A stretch of DNA of 64,000 bases from Macrostomum lignano (taxonomy: Eukaryota): contig NIVC01000746.1 of NCBI GenBank assembly GCA_002269645.1, positions 248,001 to 312,000 of the forward strand, in the 5' to 3' direction. The notes beneath the pieces are model-generated. The model had not been told where the DNA came from, ran no database searches, and was given only the letters and a program-made list of their open reading frames with translations. Of this stretch, positions 1 through 16,164 are shown one piece after another (the first letter of the stretch is position 1; each line of letters opens with the position of its first letter). The position numbers were made by a program, and so were the translations under genes.

Positions 1-1
1 A

Positions 2-2922
2 TTGGTTGAGCCGGTGATGCCTTACCTCTCCAGTCCGGTGCTCAACATTAAGGTCCTCGCACTGTTTCTCATTGCGTTTGCGCTTGACGAGAGCCAGGTA
101 AGTAGACAGACATTGATGAATAGTTGAGGTTTCAAGGTATCAAGCTATACTTCAAGAGTAATTTCCTTTTTATTCTGCCAGTTTTAAAGCGATTTCTTAG
201 AAAACTCATAAGTGAGGTCAAATGTGCTCCACGTGATTCTATTGCTATGCTGTCCTGTGGCCTGACCTTTCTTAAATAAAAAGAAGTCTGGAAGTCTCAA
301 AACTTCACCTCGGTTTTTGCTCTCTTCTTGAGCTCTGGGTAATCTAAAAGCCCCCCCCCCAGCGAATCGAAGGACTTTCCATTTGTAATTGTTGCAACCT
401 CTCAATCATCAAATAGATACGTACTATTACCTGCTTATCGATGCTCAGTTGAATCAATTTGTACTCGGATCCTCCCAGGCTGAGCTGTACGAGAGCGCCA
501 CGGAGGTGATGCAGTTCCTGGTGGACAGCCTCAAGGAGGCCACAAAGTCAGACAATCGGACCTGCTACGTCAGCCTGCTGGACGCTGACTACCAGACTTA
601 CCACGCCATCGAGCTGGCTCAGTGCATCAACCGGTTGGCTTTGAACGAAGTCAACAAGAAGCTGCTGGTTGGCTTCGGCCTGCTGCCGGTGCTAAAGACG
701 ATGCTCGACGGAGAGGCCGAGGATGAAATCGCCGCGGCGTTGGACATTCTCTTCACCCTCAGCTTCAGGTTGGTGTCTTGGAAGGGGAGTAGTCAGGAAG
801 ATCGGCACCATTTCAGTTGAAAGGGCGCCAGCAAATGAGGCGCCAAACATGCAGGTGGGCGAAGCAGCTCTGTGGAAAACGCATCTGACGCGCCACGAGA
901 CCCCTGATTCGATTCCAAGTGCAGTCACATTAATTGGAATCTCGGCTTGGCTCTGCTCGTGCAATTAATATTTTTGAGGGCCAACCCCTAAGACTCAGTA
1001 AAGTGTACATGACTAACGATAAATAAAGTTAGGGCCGCTGTACTCGTCTGTGCGTATGACTTCGTACGTATCCGCGCGCTTGTGTGTCTGCTCAGGGCAG
1101 TCGGTGGAATGGGCAGTAATGCCTCTCGCCGGTTGTGTGACAATGTCGCTTTAAGTGCGCTACAGGGTCCAGACAGCCCCCTATACCACAGAGAATGTAC
1201 ATGCATGATAAAACGAAAGCAAAATGACCTGTATGAGTGCGTGCCTGTGAACATGTGCTGAGGAGTCATGGAATGGGTAGAATTAATTGCTGATTGAAGG
1301 AATTTCGCCAGCCTTTGCCACGTCTCCTGGCATCCGCTACTTGTCTTGGTTGGCACAAGCTACTGAAATCAGACGCTTGGGGTGGAGATCTCATCAGATA
1401 TGAGCAGAAACGCGCAAATCCCCCACCCCCCTCTCCTGCGCAGAGAAGACAATCGCGAGGCCATCAAGCAGCAGTTCTCGGACAGCCTGCAGCGCCTGTA
1501 CTCAAGCGACCAGCCAAGTCGGCATACTCGGAGGCTGTGGCGGAGTTATCGACCGATGCAGGGCCTCGACTTGAACCTGGGCGGCTTTGTCTCTGGACTC
1601 TGCGCCAGGGCGGTGGACGATAAGCCGCAGCAACAGCAGCAGCAGAAACAGTTATTGAAAGGAAAAAAACAAGAACCAAGACCGAAGAACAAAGAGTCGG
1701 AGACTGGTCACGTGATGATCAGCTATCAGCACGAGAATAAGCAATTAGCGATGCGGATTAAAGATGCTCTGAGCCAGCACGGCTTTCAGGTAGGTAAATT
1801 TTTATGCGGCAGTTTTCTACAAGACAAATAGTTTTTAGCATGCGTTTTAATCGTGGCCTCACTGATTGTTCATTTGTAACATCACTGGCTGTTTCATTTG
1901 TAACATTGCTGATTGTTTTATTCGTAACATCACTGGCTGTTTCACTTGTAACATCACTGGTTGTTTTATTCGTGACATCACTGGTTGTTTCATTCGTGAC
2001 ATCATTGGTTGTTTCATTCGTGACCTCACTAATTGTCTCACTCGTGACCTCACTAATTGTCTCACTCGTGACCTCACTACAAATCTTACATATACAGGTG
2101 TGGATCGACTACGAGCGAATGCAGGGCAGCGACGGCGGCTCCACGCTGAGCCTCATGGCCGAGGCAGTCGAGGGCTGCTTCGCTTTCCTCATGTGCATGA
2201 GCCGCACGTACAAGGATTCTAACAATTGCCGCCTAGAGGCTGAGTACGCCTACAAAAAGCAGAAGATGATTGTTCCTCTGCTGATGGAGCACCGGTACAG
2301 GCCTAGCGGATGGCTGGGCATCATGCTGGGCATGGGCATGTACAGAGACTTCTCCGGCAAGTACCCGTTTGAGGTGAAACTGGCGGAGCTGCTGGAGGTG
2401 CTGCGAAAAGCGAAAAATGGAGAACAGGTAAGCTGATTGGCGCTCCAAGGTGCTGAGAGACTCAGTTTCGATGGGGAGTGGGTGCACGCTCCTAAAGTAC
2501 AGAGACTCAGTCCACACTGTAAATATCTGCAGCCGGAAGCGGTGGTCTCGGAGAAGCCTCACCGAGCCGTTCCAGCCGGCGAGCCCAGTCCCAGTCGGCC
2601 CGTCAGCGCTGGGTCCAGGGAGCATCATTTTCCATCCGCCTACCCTGCACTGCCGCCAATCAACGGTCAGGGAGGTTCTGTCGATGGTGCCTCCCGAGTC
2701 CGGGCCTGGACGCGGGAGCAGACCGTTGGCTGGCTGACTGAACGAGCTGATCTGCCTGAGTCGGCGCTGGCGCCATCGATTTCTGGCGCCGATTTGCACT
2801 TTTTAGTGACGGCGCGAGATCGAGACGCGCGCACCTTCTATCGGTTGGCCGAGAGATATCTGGCACAGCCGGCTTCTGTTCACAGCCTGGCTCGGTTTGT
2901 CAACGCATTGTACGAGTTGTAG
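2..2922 (+). CDS. ARM-like/TIR/SAM-like domain protein, 5'-truncated; exons <1-97, 449(or 479)-768, 1444-1789, 2098-2427, 2533-2922
   Basis: TIR_2-type motifs HVMISYQH, VWIDYERMQG, LMAEAVEG, CRLEAEYA, GWLGIM..YRDF. Helical ARM-like N-terminus (LDILFTLSFREDNREAIK). C-terminal VRAWTREQTVGWL is SAM-like. All junctions are GT-AG with matching phases. Confidence 0.85.
865..1182 (+). mobile_element. SINE family B copy (tRNA-like head) in TIR-gene intron
   Basis: B-box-like GATTCGATTCC; long similarity to 44062-44365 (gattccaagtgcagtcacattaat...gcagtaatgcctctcgccggttgtg...cagcccc). Confidence 0.7.
1860..2085. repeat. ~24-bp intronic minisatellite (tttcattcgtgacatcactggttg)
   Basis: About 9 degenerate tandem copies inside intron 1790-2097. 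Confidence 0.9.
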
Positions 2923-3374
2923 CGTTTACCACATTTATGGAATGCTTTTGATTGTATGCGCGTTGAGATTTTTTTAAAGAATCATATTATTTGTTTTGGA
3001 TAATTTATGCTCGATAAATTTTTTGTTTCCAATTAGCTTTTCTGTTTCCGTCTCCTTTGTGGCATTTTAATGCTATGCCTATTATAGTAGAATAGCTATG
3101 CTCGTATTTATGACAGATTGCTTCTTTTTACAAATAAGTGTATTTTACAATTCAAATAAAGTGCCTTGATACTAAAAAAATTACTTTACAATCCCGTTTG
3201 CGCCATATCATTTTTTCTTTTCTACTCCGGCGTTAATTGATCCCAGGAATTTTCTGAACATGTACCTCTATAGCAGAACTTTGCAATGCATACACTCGTG
3301 CAGTAGTAACGTGTAATATACGGCGGTATATACGAGTAAATGTAAATTTGCGGTAGAGAAGCACTCTTAACAGA

Positions 3375-3690
3375 TAATAGTAAGACAAAACTCAATATTA
3401 TTTGCGACGCGTTTCGGCTGAAACTAGCCATCTTCAGGCACTATCGAACAGATAGTGCTTTTTTCTCTAGCCATCTTCTTTTTTCTCTGTCCTGTCATTC
3501 CACAAAAAATATTATGAACATTGCTATACTGTACATTGATCCTTTAGTCCTTTTATATCTTTTCAATACCTGATTTTGTCGTCTACACAGTATTTAATAG
3601 GTTGAAATAAATTCTGTTCGATAGTGCCTGAGGATGGCTAGTTTTGGCCGAAACGCGTCGCAAGTAGTATTGAGTTTTGTCTTACTATTA
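3375..3690. ncRNA. Inverted repeat (arms 3375-3452 / 3613-3690), each arm with a minimal type I hammerhead ribozyme motif; Penelope-like pLTR remnant
   Basis: Plus copy: tgc-CTGAGGA-T-GGCTA-gttt-TGGCC-GAAA-CGCG-TC|gca (3625-3662). Minus copy: tgc-CTGAAGA-T-GGCT-agtttc-AGCC-GAAA-CGCG-TC|gca (3440-3403). Confidence 0.7.
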
Positions 3691-4583
3691 AATGTAAATT
3701 TAGTTGCGAGTTGCGAACATGATGCACCTGTGCGATCCACACTCACTTTACACGTATAATTTTACGCCAGCAGCGAGGTACACAGAGGTACACAGCTGTA
3801 CAGCACTAAATATACAGAGTAAAAAGAATTTAAATATTACATGTACTAGCCGTATGGATTTATTAAACATTTGGATTTTAGAAGAATTGCTTTGGTTTCA
3901 CTTGACGCATATTGTTTGTATTGGTACGTATCGATCTTTAATGTTCATTTAAAAGTAAAAAAAAGTGCGTGAACTACTACAGTGCTTATACATTTACGAC
4001 ACATAATAGAATGATATATAAATTATTTATCTTTTAATAATAAACAAAATTTAAAAATATCTGGCTGCAAACAGAATTTTAATTACATATACTATTTATT
4101 ACTCATCTCCGATTTAATTTTTTAAATTAACAAGACAAAGACCATCGAAGTCATCAGTATCTTCTTATTTGAGAATTTCTAGCATCTGATCTAGTATACA
4201 CATACACTTACTGGGAATGAATTAATTAGTTAGGTGCCACTCATATGACAATCCGGTGTTTCATGCCTACGGTTTGCAATTTTTAAATAGTATGAGGTTT
4301 AACAAAAAAGGCTGCTTGAAACTTTTTAGGTAGCCTAAAAAGGTAAGAAGGATCAAAATAAATACTTAAAAAATTTAAAAAAGGATTTTATTGACTAAAA
4401 ACAAATTGCTAAAAACATATCCTGACTAATTTGTACTCAAAATTATAACCCGTAGTTCTTTCTTACAAAGCCCCCCTATATCGGGTCTCCCTAAAACACG
4501 CACCGCACCGCCCCGAACCGCTACACATTATAACATTTTTTGTCAATGCAGTATTTGATTGCAAAGAAAACTCTTTTTGTTGT

Positions 4584-5387
4584 AATAATGTGCAGCAATC
4601 TACGGGACATTCTAAGATATATAAAAACATTATCCGACGGAATAAGTGACGGAATTACTGACGGATGAACCTATTGTAAATGTACTGCTCTCTGCACCGA
4701 TCAATGCTTAAATTATCCGACGGAATAAGTGACGGAATTACTGACGGAATAAACATACATGTACTGCTCTCGGCACAGATCAATTTGCACAAATTATCCG
4801 ACGGAATAAGTGACGGAATTACTGACGGAATAAACCATACTGCCCAAGTAAAAAAGATCCGACTTTTTAACGTTCAGAAAACGTTTTCGGCAAAACACTT
4901 AACGTTTTCGAAACGTTCTCGTGCAAACGTTCAAAACACGTTCAAATTTCTAACTTTTTTATGTTACAGATCGCTATTTTTTCAAGAAACTTAATTTCTG
5001 AGAAATTTTCCCTGATTTTCAGGTTAACAGTAAACACTATTACACTACACAAAACTATACACCATAATTAAGCAATGTTAAGCATTGATTACTGCAGAGA
5101 GCAAAGGGAATTGCTTATTAACTGCAGTCACTAATTACAAGTTTCCGTCACTTATTCCATCGGATAATTTAAGCTTTGATCGGTGCAGAGAGCAGTAGGC
5201 CTACATTTACAATAGGTTCATCCATCAGTAATTCCGTCACTTATTCTGTCAGATAATCTAAGCATTGCTCGGTGCAGAGAGCAGAAGGTTCATCCCGTCA
5301 GTAATTCCGTCAGTAATTCTGTCACTTATTCTGTCAGATAATGTTTTTATATATCTTAGAAAGTCCCATAGATTGTTACACATTATT
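4584..5387. mobile_element. Foldback/MITE-like element with ~250-bp modular inverted arms
   Basis: Three direct modules ttatccgacggaataagtgacggaattactgacgga at 4629-4830 are mirrored as reverse complements at 5140-5345. Outer ends aataatgtg.../...cacattatt are also complementary. No TSD recognised. Confidence 0.7.
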
Positions 5388-6142
5388 TGATGGAATATCT
5401 GACAGAATTATGTGGCGGAATATCCAACGGAAAAAGTCACACACGTCTAGGCTGGGCCTCCTAGTCCTAACCTACTCCCCAGGCCATTGTTTGGAACACC
5501 CTGAATGTATCATTGTATGCCGCCTGCCAGACTAAAATCTCCCACAAGGCATGGAGTCGGAGTCAGAGACAAAAGCAAAGCCAATCAAATAAGTTATGTC
5601 TTATGATAGCAAGTCAGGGCTTTGTTTGTTTTAGTTCAATTAGGATTAGGACTCTAGGCTATATAGGTAAGGTAAAAAAGCCAAACAGTTTTGGTGATGA
5701 CAATAGGCCTAGGTTTTGGTTTTGTAAGGTTTTGTAGTTTTTATATATATAAACTCTGATGTAGGGCCTAGAGACTCATTACTCCAGCTTCAGTGAGATT
5801 TTAAGGTTATTTTTTAGTTTGTTCACTCCATTTGATAAATCTCATTTGCCTGAGTTAAAAGACACTTTAGGCCCCTAATGTTGAAAATTAGGCCTAGTCA
5901 AGTAAAAATTACTAAACTTTTTTGTAAGCCTTATTTTAAATTTTTAGCACTTCACAAGTTTAGTTTTGTAAGGCCTAGCCTAGGCCTAGTGTATTTTGCC
6001 TAGATATAGCTGAATTGTAGTCACATCATATGACTTTCACTTTATCTATGCCTAGCCTATGCTATGGCCAAGTTGTGCTATATGGCCATCTTATAAATAA
6101 GTTGACTATATTGAAAAGTAGAGAAAACTAGTAGTAGTACAG

Positions 6143-6625
6143 CCATAGTCAGGATGATATACATTACGCCAGAAATTTCCAGCATACAATTGAAAATTTT
6201 ACTTTTTTGGCATACAATTGGTGTAAAAAATGAGGCAAAATATATTTGGTATACCTTTTGGTGTGACGCCGTGGCGTAAATCATAAAAACCATAAAACTC
6301 GTAAGATGAAAGTTCATAACTATTTATGATTTATTAAAATTTAAAATTCCATGCAAACTAATTGTGTAATTTTCTACAAAAAACTTAAACAAAAAATATG
6401 ATGTTAACTAGTGCATTGTGTTTGGTGAGTGAAGCGGGTAAAGTAGAGGTGTTTATAAAGTAGACAAAAATGTGTAACACAAAAAAGGCCATTTATTGTC
6501 GCAAAGCCTAGAAAACCTGGCATAATTTCCTAGGACCTTGGCATACGTTTCAGTATGAAGTGGTGTACATTTTTTTGGGGGGACTTTTTATTCCGGCATA
6601 TACCATGACATGATCCTGACTATGG
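6143..6625. mobile_element. Candidate MITE with short TIRs
   Basis: ccatagtcaggat (6143) and atcctgactatgg (to 6625), with further imperfect complementarity inward. Confidence 0.45.
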
Positions 6626-8247
6626 TAGTACAGTTTATTTTATATTAGTAAATTCAAACTAAATCTAAATCTAAATATTAGCATAATTTTTTTATTTTTA
6701 AAGTAAGAGATAGTAAGGAAGGATAAGTGCCATCCATTTTAATAAAAGTTTTCTTTGATAATAGCATGTTGATTATTTGGAAAAATCTAAGAATTAGGGC
6801 AAATTTTTTTGAAAAACCATTTTTTACAATTCAAAAGCAATGAAGCTATAAAATATACTTATTTCAGTTTAAAAAAGTAAAAAATTATATATAAAAACAC
6901 AAATTGTCCATGTATAGCCTTGTCTTAAATAAAATTATTTGTTAAAATGTTTTTTACAATTATGACTAAAATGACTAAAAAATATTACAAAATAGTATTC
7001 TGTCATAGCTATGGCTACAGTTATGGGATCTTATAGAAAATATAGTAAAACAGTGTTATATTAAATGTTATTAAAAGCTTAGCTTTTACTAGCTAAGCTT
7101 AGAAAAGCTTATAAAATATTTATTAACTTCAAGTTTCCAATATTAGTACTTGTAAATTCTATAATGCTACACAGTTTCAATATTTTTCTTAAAGGTTTAT
7201 TTGTTTATCACTTTGTTATTATTAACAATATATACATTGTAGAGTTTGTCTGCAATAAATACAGTATTTAATGTAAGCTCAACATTTAATGTAATACAAA
7301 TTCCTATAAGGATTGAAAATCACATTTTACTTTGCTTCTATTAAAGTGATTCAAAAATTCTTTTTTCCTACATATACGCTGCAATGATACATGTTTATAT
7401 GTACTTTTAATATTCTTTGTCACTTAATAAGCATACAAGAAATATTTGATATGGAAGCCAGATGACACATAGGAATTCCCTTAAGGATCAGAAAATTGCA
7501 TTTTACTCAGCTTTTACTAAAGCAATTCAGAAAATTCTTTTTTTCCTATATACATATTGCAATAATACACTTTTTAGTACATTTGTGTGGCATTTTGTTG
7601 CTTATTAAGCTTAAAAATAGCAGTTAGAATGAAAGCCAGACAATATATTTGTGGTATCACTTTTTAACCCAAAATTGTAAATCCTAAATATCTGCCCTTT
7701 AGAACTACTTATGTAGTACAAGTTGATATTTAAATGATAGAAGGCATTCTAAAGTTTATATTGCAAAAATATTTGAGCACTATATTTACTTCAGAAGAGA
7801 GATATTTTGTTGCAAAGTTAGCTTTTATGATTAGTTTAGTCAGCTTCGAGAGTTTGTATGGTTTAGAAAAATTTAAATTTCTCTTGAAATCTGAATTCTT
7901 AAAAAAAGTAAAACAATGCTTAATGTCTTGTGCATCAAATAGAGCAAAAATCATCGTCCTTTAATAGCTTGCAACTTTATATTAGGTATATATTTTTTGA
8001 TAAAAAGTTGAACAAAAACTTGCAAAAACCTAAAAATAGACTTAAAAAAAGTTTTTTATGTGGCTTTTCTTTATGAAAGTGTACGTACCTGAAAGACGTA
8101 CCTGTCTTTTAAAATGCATTTTTTATACATTACCTTGCATTGAAAGTTCAGAAATTTATTATACTGTTATATCCTACATTTTTGGATTTCACATTTATTT
8201 TTTGGCAAAAATTCTGTCGCGGCAGTAGCGGCGCCAGCAACAGCTCC

Positions 8248-10702
8248 ATGACAACAAAAAACGAGTCCTTAACGACCAAGCGTCGACGCCACCGTCGCTG
8301 CGGAGTCCTTAGCAACAAAAAGGTTGGCGGAGGCACCTGTCAGCGCTGTCAGTGTCGAATGAACTCTTCATCCAGCCAATCGCTGTCAGCTTCATCTTCC
8401 AGACTCCAATTGTCAGCTTGTAGTAGTGGCATTGGTCAGGTAAAGTTTTTTTTATTTACAGCATTTATAGCATTCTCAATTAAACTCAAATGTGTTTTTA
8501 TACTACTTAGCTGCATTGAAATCAGTAGTATCACGACATAGCTTTGTGTGAATTCTAACTTTTTCACGCTTCGAGTTAAGCGTTAATAAAACAGCTCTGT
8601 TTTAAAGTTTAATCTGACCATCGATCTTATTTTATGAATTCTCTAGTCTACGGTTTCTTAGAAAACTAAGTTTTTCAGTTACTACTTATATTCAGTAGTG
8701 TTTCAAAGTGTCCAATCGTTTTTCCTCACCCGACAGAGCCAGCTGCTCAGGCAGCAGCAGTCGCAGTACCATCAGCTGCAGCAGCTGGCCAGGCTGAAGG
8801 CCAACAATCAGGATTTGGCCAGGGTTAACGCTGGCCTGCAGCTGGCCAATCACAAACTGACAGCCGATGCGCAGAGGCTGCACAGCGAGAATCTGCAGCT
8901 GAGACAGCGAGTTGCCCGACTGCCCGAGCTGAGAGCGAACCTGTTTGGCGTGCTGGACTCAGTCTACAGGTACAGGCTTATACTCATTCCACTGGCTCCT
9001 GGGCACACTCAAGCGCAACTGTTTATTTTATTTTCTAGATTCGCTTCGCGAATTCTCTTTTTGCTACTTGTTAGTAGACGATGTGATCGCATCACATGAG
9101 CTTAGTTTACCCTAACAGTATGGTTACGGTATACGGTAATAGCCCCACTGCCAGCTACGAACTCTAGAATATAGAACTATGATTCCATTTGAAGCTGGGA
9201 TCTGCAAACCTATTTACATCAAGGGCCAAGTGAGAAAGGAAAGCAGAGGGAATAGTAGAGACACAAAGCTTGAGCAGGCCAGATTGCTATTGTGAAGTCT
9301 CAAAGGACCCGAGGGCCGGATGGAGAGGCTTCGCGGGCCGGAGTCTGCCGAGCCCTGATCTGAAACCTCATAAAGCGTGACTTCCGCCCCTATTTATAAC
9401 GTTATTCCTCGCAGATGTGTCGAACAGCTGGGCGGCGAATCTGACGATACCATCGGTTCACAGAAGGCCTCATCCTGCGATGCTGCGTCAGCACCTCCTG
9501 CTGCCGCGGCTGCTGAACTACTTCAACAACGTCATGATGACGAATTCGTTGACGAAGAGCTCTCGGAGGAGCCGCAGCCGTCCTCAGACGCTCTGGCAGT
9601 CTCGGAATTGCCTCCGGCTTCGTCTGCGCTGCCTCCGCCGCAGCAGTTCCAGCCGCAGGTCCGCGTTGTCGCCGCCGCGCCGTCCGGCTCAGTCATCGCT
9701 GAGGTCTCCGCTGAGCTGGAGGTCTCTAGTACTGCTGCTGGTGCTAATCCGATGAGTTGCACCCCCGGCGCGGATGTACAGCTGGACTCCACCGTGTCCG
9801 CGCCCACCGAGCCCGCCGGCGACGAGTGCCAGCCGCTGGATGACCTGCCGACACCCGTCGGGTCTGTCGCCGAGCCTGACGTCCCCGCCCCTCTATCACC
9901 TGTGGCGGCCAAGCAACGAAAGACGTCCGGCAGTCAGGCGTCAAAGTCAAACAAATCAAAAGAGAAGCCGGCCAGATCGACCAGGCCGGACAAAAAGTCG
10001 TCGGCGCCGTTGCAGCAGCGTCGGGCAAAGTCGGCTGCGGCAACGTCGAAACGGACGGCAACCGCCGACCAGCAGCAGCAGCCGGTGGTGAAGCGGCCAG
10101 CCCGGTCCACCCGCCGGCCGGTCAGCTACCTGGAAGACCCGGAGCAGCTGTCCTCGCCAGAGTATTCCGCAGCGTCCGGCTCGGACAAAACCGCCGGCCG
10201 GTCGGGCAGGCGGACGGTGATGGCCGTGCAGAAGCGGCCCGGCCAGATTCGCTATTTGGTTGCCATTGGCGACCCGGCCGTCAGCGAGGACGCCGACGCC
10301 AAGGCGATGCCGCCTCCGCCGGCGCCGCCGAGTCGGAAGCGTCGAATGCCGTCACCAGCGTCTGGTTCGGTCGGCAGCGGCGCCTCGCCCAGAGCTCAAC
10401 TCGTTGCCGACAATGATCCGTTCAACCTGAGCGCCAACCGGACAGCGAACCTGTCCGCCCTGCCGGACAGCCTGCAGGGCCTGAGGGAGCGCTGCCAGAA
10501 TGTCGCCAAACTGCCGCAGCAAGTCGCCGACAGCAAGTCGCCTCAGCAACAGCAGAAACTGCAGAAGAAGCCAAGACCTAAAAAGACATCAAACGGTGCT
10601 TCGACTAATGAAGCTGTCAAGAAGAAACCATCGCGGCGTCATCATCAGCAGCAGCAGAGGCTGGACGAGTCAGATGAAGCTGATTTTGTCAGTCTGTACT
10701 AG
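8248..10702 (+). CDS. Probable shugoshin-like protein; exons 8248-8439, 8737-8969, 9415-10702
   Basis: N-terminal coiled coil KANNQDLARVN...LHSENLQLRQ resembles the shugoshin N motif. Basic RPARSTRRPVSYLE resembles a partial SGO motif. Long disordered middle; splice phases consistent; start codon uncertain. Confidence 0.6.
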
Positions 10703-10761
10703 GCCTGGCTTGACCGAATCAAACCACAAACATTTGTATCATTCTCTTTGAATTTTACTAT

Positions 10762-11530
10762 TAGAACCGGCTCTGACCCTCCCTTTAGAACCGGCTCTGA
10801 CCCTCCCTTTAGAACCGGCTCTGACCCTCCCTTTAGAACCGGCTCTGACCCTCCCTTTAGAACCGGCTCTGACCATTCCTTTAGAACCGGCTCTGACCCT
10901 TTCTTTAGAACCGGCTCTGACCCTTCCTTTAGAACCGGCTCTGACCCTTCCTTTAGAACCGGCTCTGACCCTTCCTTTAGAACCGGCTCTGACCCTTCCT
11001 TTAGAACCGGCTCTGACCCTTCCTTTAGAACCGGCTCTGACCCTTCCTTTAGAACCGGCTCTGACCCTTCCTTTAGAACCGGCTCTGACCCTCCCTTTAG
11101 AACCGGCTCTGACCCTTCCTTTAGAACCGGCTCTGACCCTTCCTTTAGAACCGGCTCTGACCCTTCCTTTAGAACCGGCTCTGACCCTTCCTTTAGAACC
11201 GGCTCTGACCCTCCCTTTAGAACCGGCTCTGACCCTTCCTTTAGAACCGGCTCTGACCCTTCCTTTAGAACCGGCTCTGACCCTTCCTATAGAACCGGCT
11301 CTGACCCTTCCTTTAGAACCGGCTCTGACCCTTCCTTTAGAACCGGCTCTGACCCTTCCTTTAGAACCGGCTCTGACCCTTCCTTTAGAACCGGCTCTGA
11401 CCCTTCCTTTAGAACCGGCTCTGACCCTTCCTTTAGAACCGGCTCTGACCCTTCCTTTAGAACCGGCTCTGACCCTCCCTTTAGAACCGGCTCTGACCCT
11501 CCCTTTAAACCCGGCTTTAAACCTCCCTGA
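10762..11530. repeat. 24-bp minisatellite (agaaccggctctgacccttccttt), ~31 copies
   Basis: Near-perfect tandem array just 3' of the shugoshin-like stop. Confidence 0.97.
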
Positions 11531-12130
11531 GTCTCCCTTTAGAACCCTCCCTGAGCCTCCGGCATCGCGATTCAGTCGCTTGAGTAAAACAGCGTTAACT
11601 GTTAAACTTTTGTAATTGTATATCTGACGCAAGACTCTCACACGAGTAAATAGTGGTGCTTGCGCTAAATATTCACACAAGCATTTTTTACTACTGTAAC
11701 CTTTCATTGCTTTCGTAATCTATTTAGTATTTTTAGTTTTTGCTTTCAATTTTCCTATATTTTTATGCATCTGTTTATAGTACTCAAATCAATTTAGCGT
11801 GCTGGAAATTTGCATTTTTAATCGCTTTATAACTTGGTTCTAAGCAATGAAATTTTGTTAGCGTTTGCTGTTATGTTGTCCAACAATTATCTGAATTCCT
11901 GTAATTCTCGGTAGCCTTTATTATTTTTTGTGTACTTTTACATCCAGGATATCCACAAGTGCAGTAGGCATCAATTTATAATACTACCGCTGTTCGTGAC
12001 TGTTATCAATCTGTTTCATTGTATTTGTACGAAATTGTCATAGCTCAACTAATGTTTGCATTCTTTTTACTATCATAAATGTTTGTGTTCGGCGATTTCC
12101 CTTGCTTAACTTTTAGAATAAATGAGTCTG

Positions 12131-12508
12131 GTGATGAGAGGGGAATAGACAGCTGATGAGAGGGGAATAGACAGCTGATGAGAGGGGAATAGACAGCTGA
12201 TGAGAGGGGAATAGACAGCTGATGAGAGGGGAATAGACAGCTGATGAGAGGGGAATAGACAGCTGATGAGAGGGGAATAGACAGCTGATGAGAGGGGAAT
12301 AGACAGCTGATGACAGGGGAATAGACAGCTGATGAGAGGGGAATAGACAGCTGATGAGAGGGGAATAGACAGCTGATGAGAGGGGAATAGACAGCTGATG
12401 AGAGGGGAATAGACAGCTGATGAGAGGGGAATAGACAGCTGGTGAGAGGGGAATAGACAGCTGATGAGAGGGGAATAGACAGCTGGTGAGAGGGGAATAG
12501 ACAGGTGA
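12131..12508. repeat. 22-bp minisatellite (gatgagaggggaatagacagct), ~17 copies
   Basis: Tandem array ending ~150 bp upstream of the Abi ATG. Confidence 0.97.
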
Positions 12509-12653
12509 GACGGGAATACGGACGTTAGAAAAGAGGTAATAAACGAGCAATTGCGAGCAAGGAGTAATGAACTCGTAGAAAGCGTAATACCGGAAGCAGA
12601 CAATCAGTTAGTAAGGACGCCCCCCCGACAACCGTTGCAGCAGCACTGCGGGA

Positions 12654-15996
<3,343 letters not shown>

Positions 15997-16164
15997 CCCT
16001 TGCCCGGTGAAAATGCCTCTTGTGTATTCTGCTACTTAATACGGTTAGCTGCATGCTTTTTATCTGTAAGTTTTTTATAGATTTTCTGAGTAATGGAAGT
16101 TGCATTCTCCCTTATAGCTTATATTTGTACTGTTGAGTTTTGTACCTGCCTTTGCCTGCTGTGC

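Noticed and set aside
10739-11707. RTGSDPSF / RVRAGSKG repeat proteins
   Set aside because: Translations of a 24-bp noncoding array after the stop codon.
12131-12508. CTGATGA in every repeat unit, suggesting tandem hammerheads
   Set aside because: No GAAA, stem II or cleavage triplet in the 22-bp unit.
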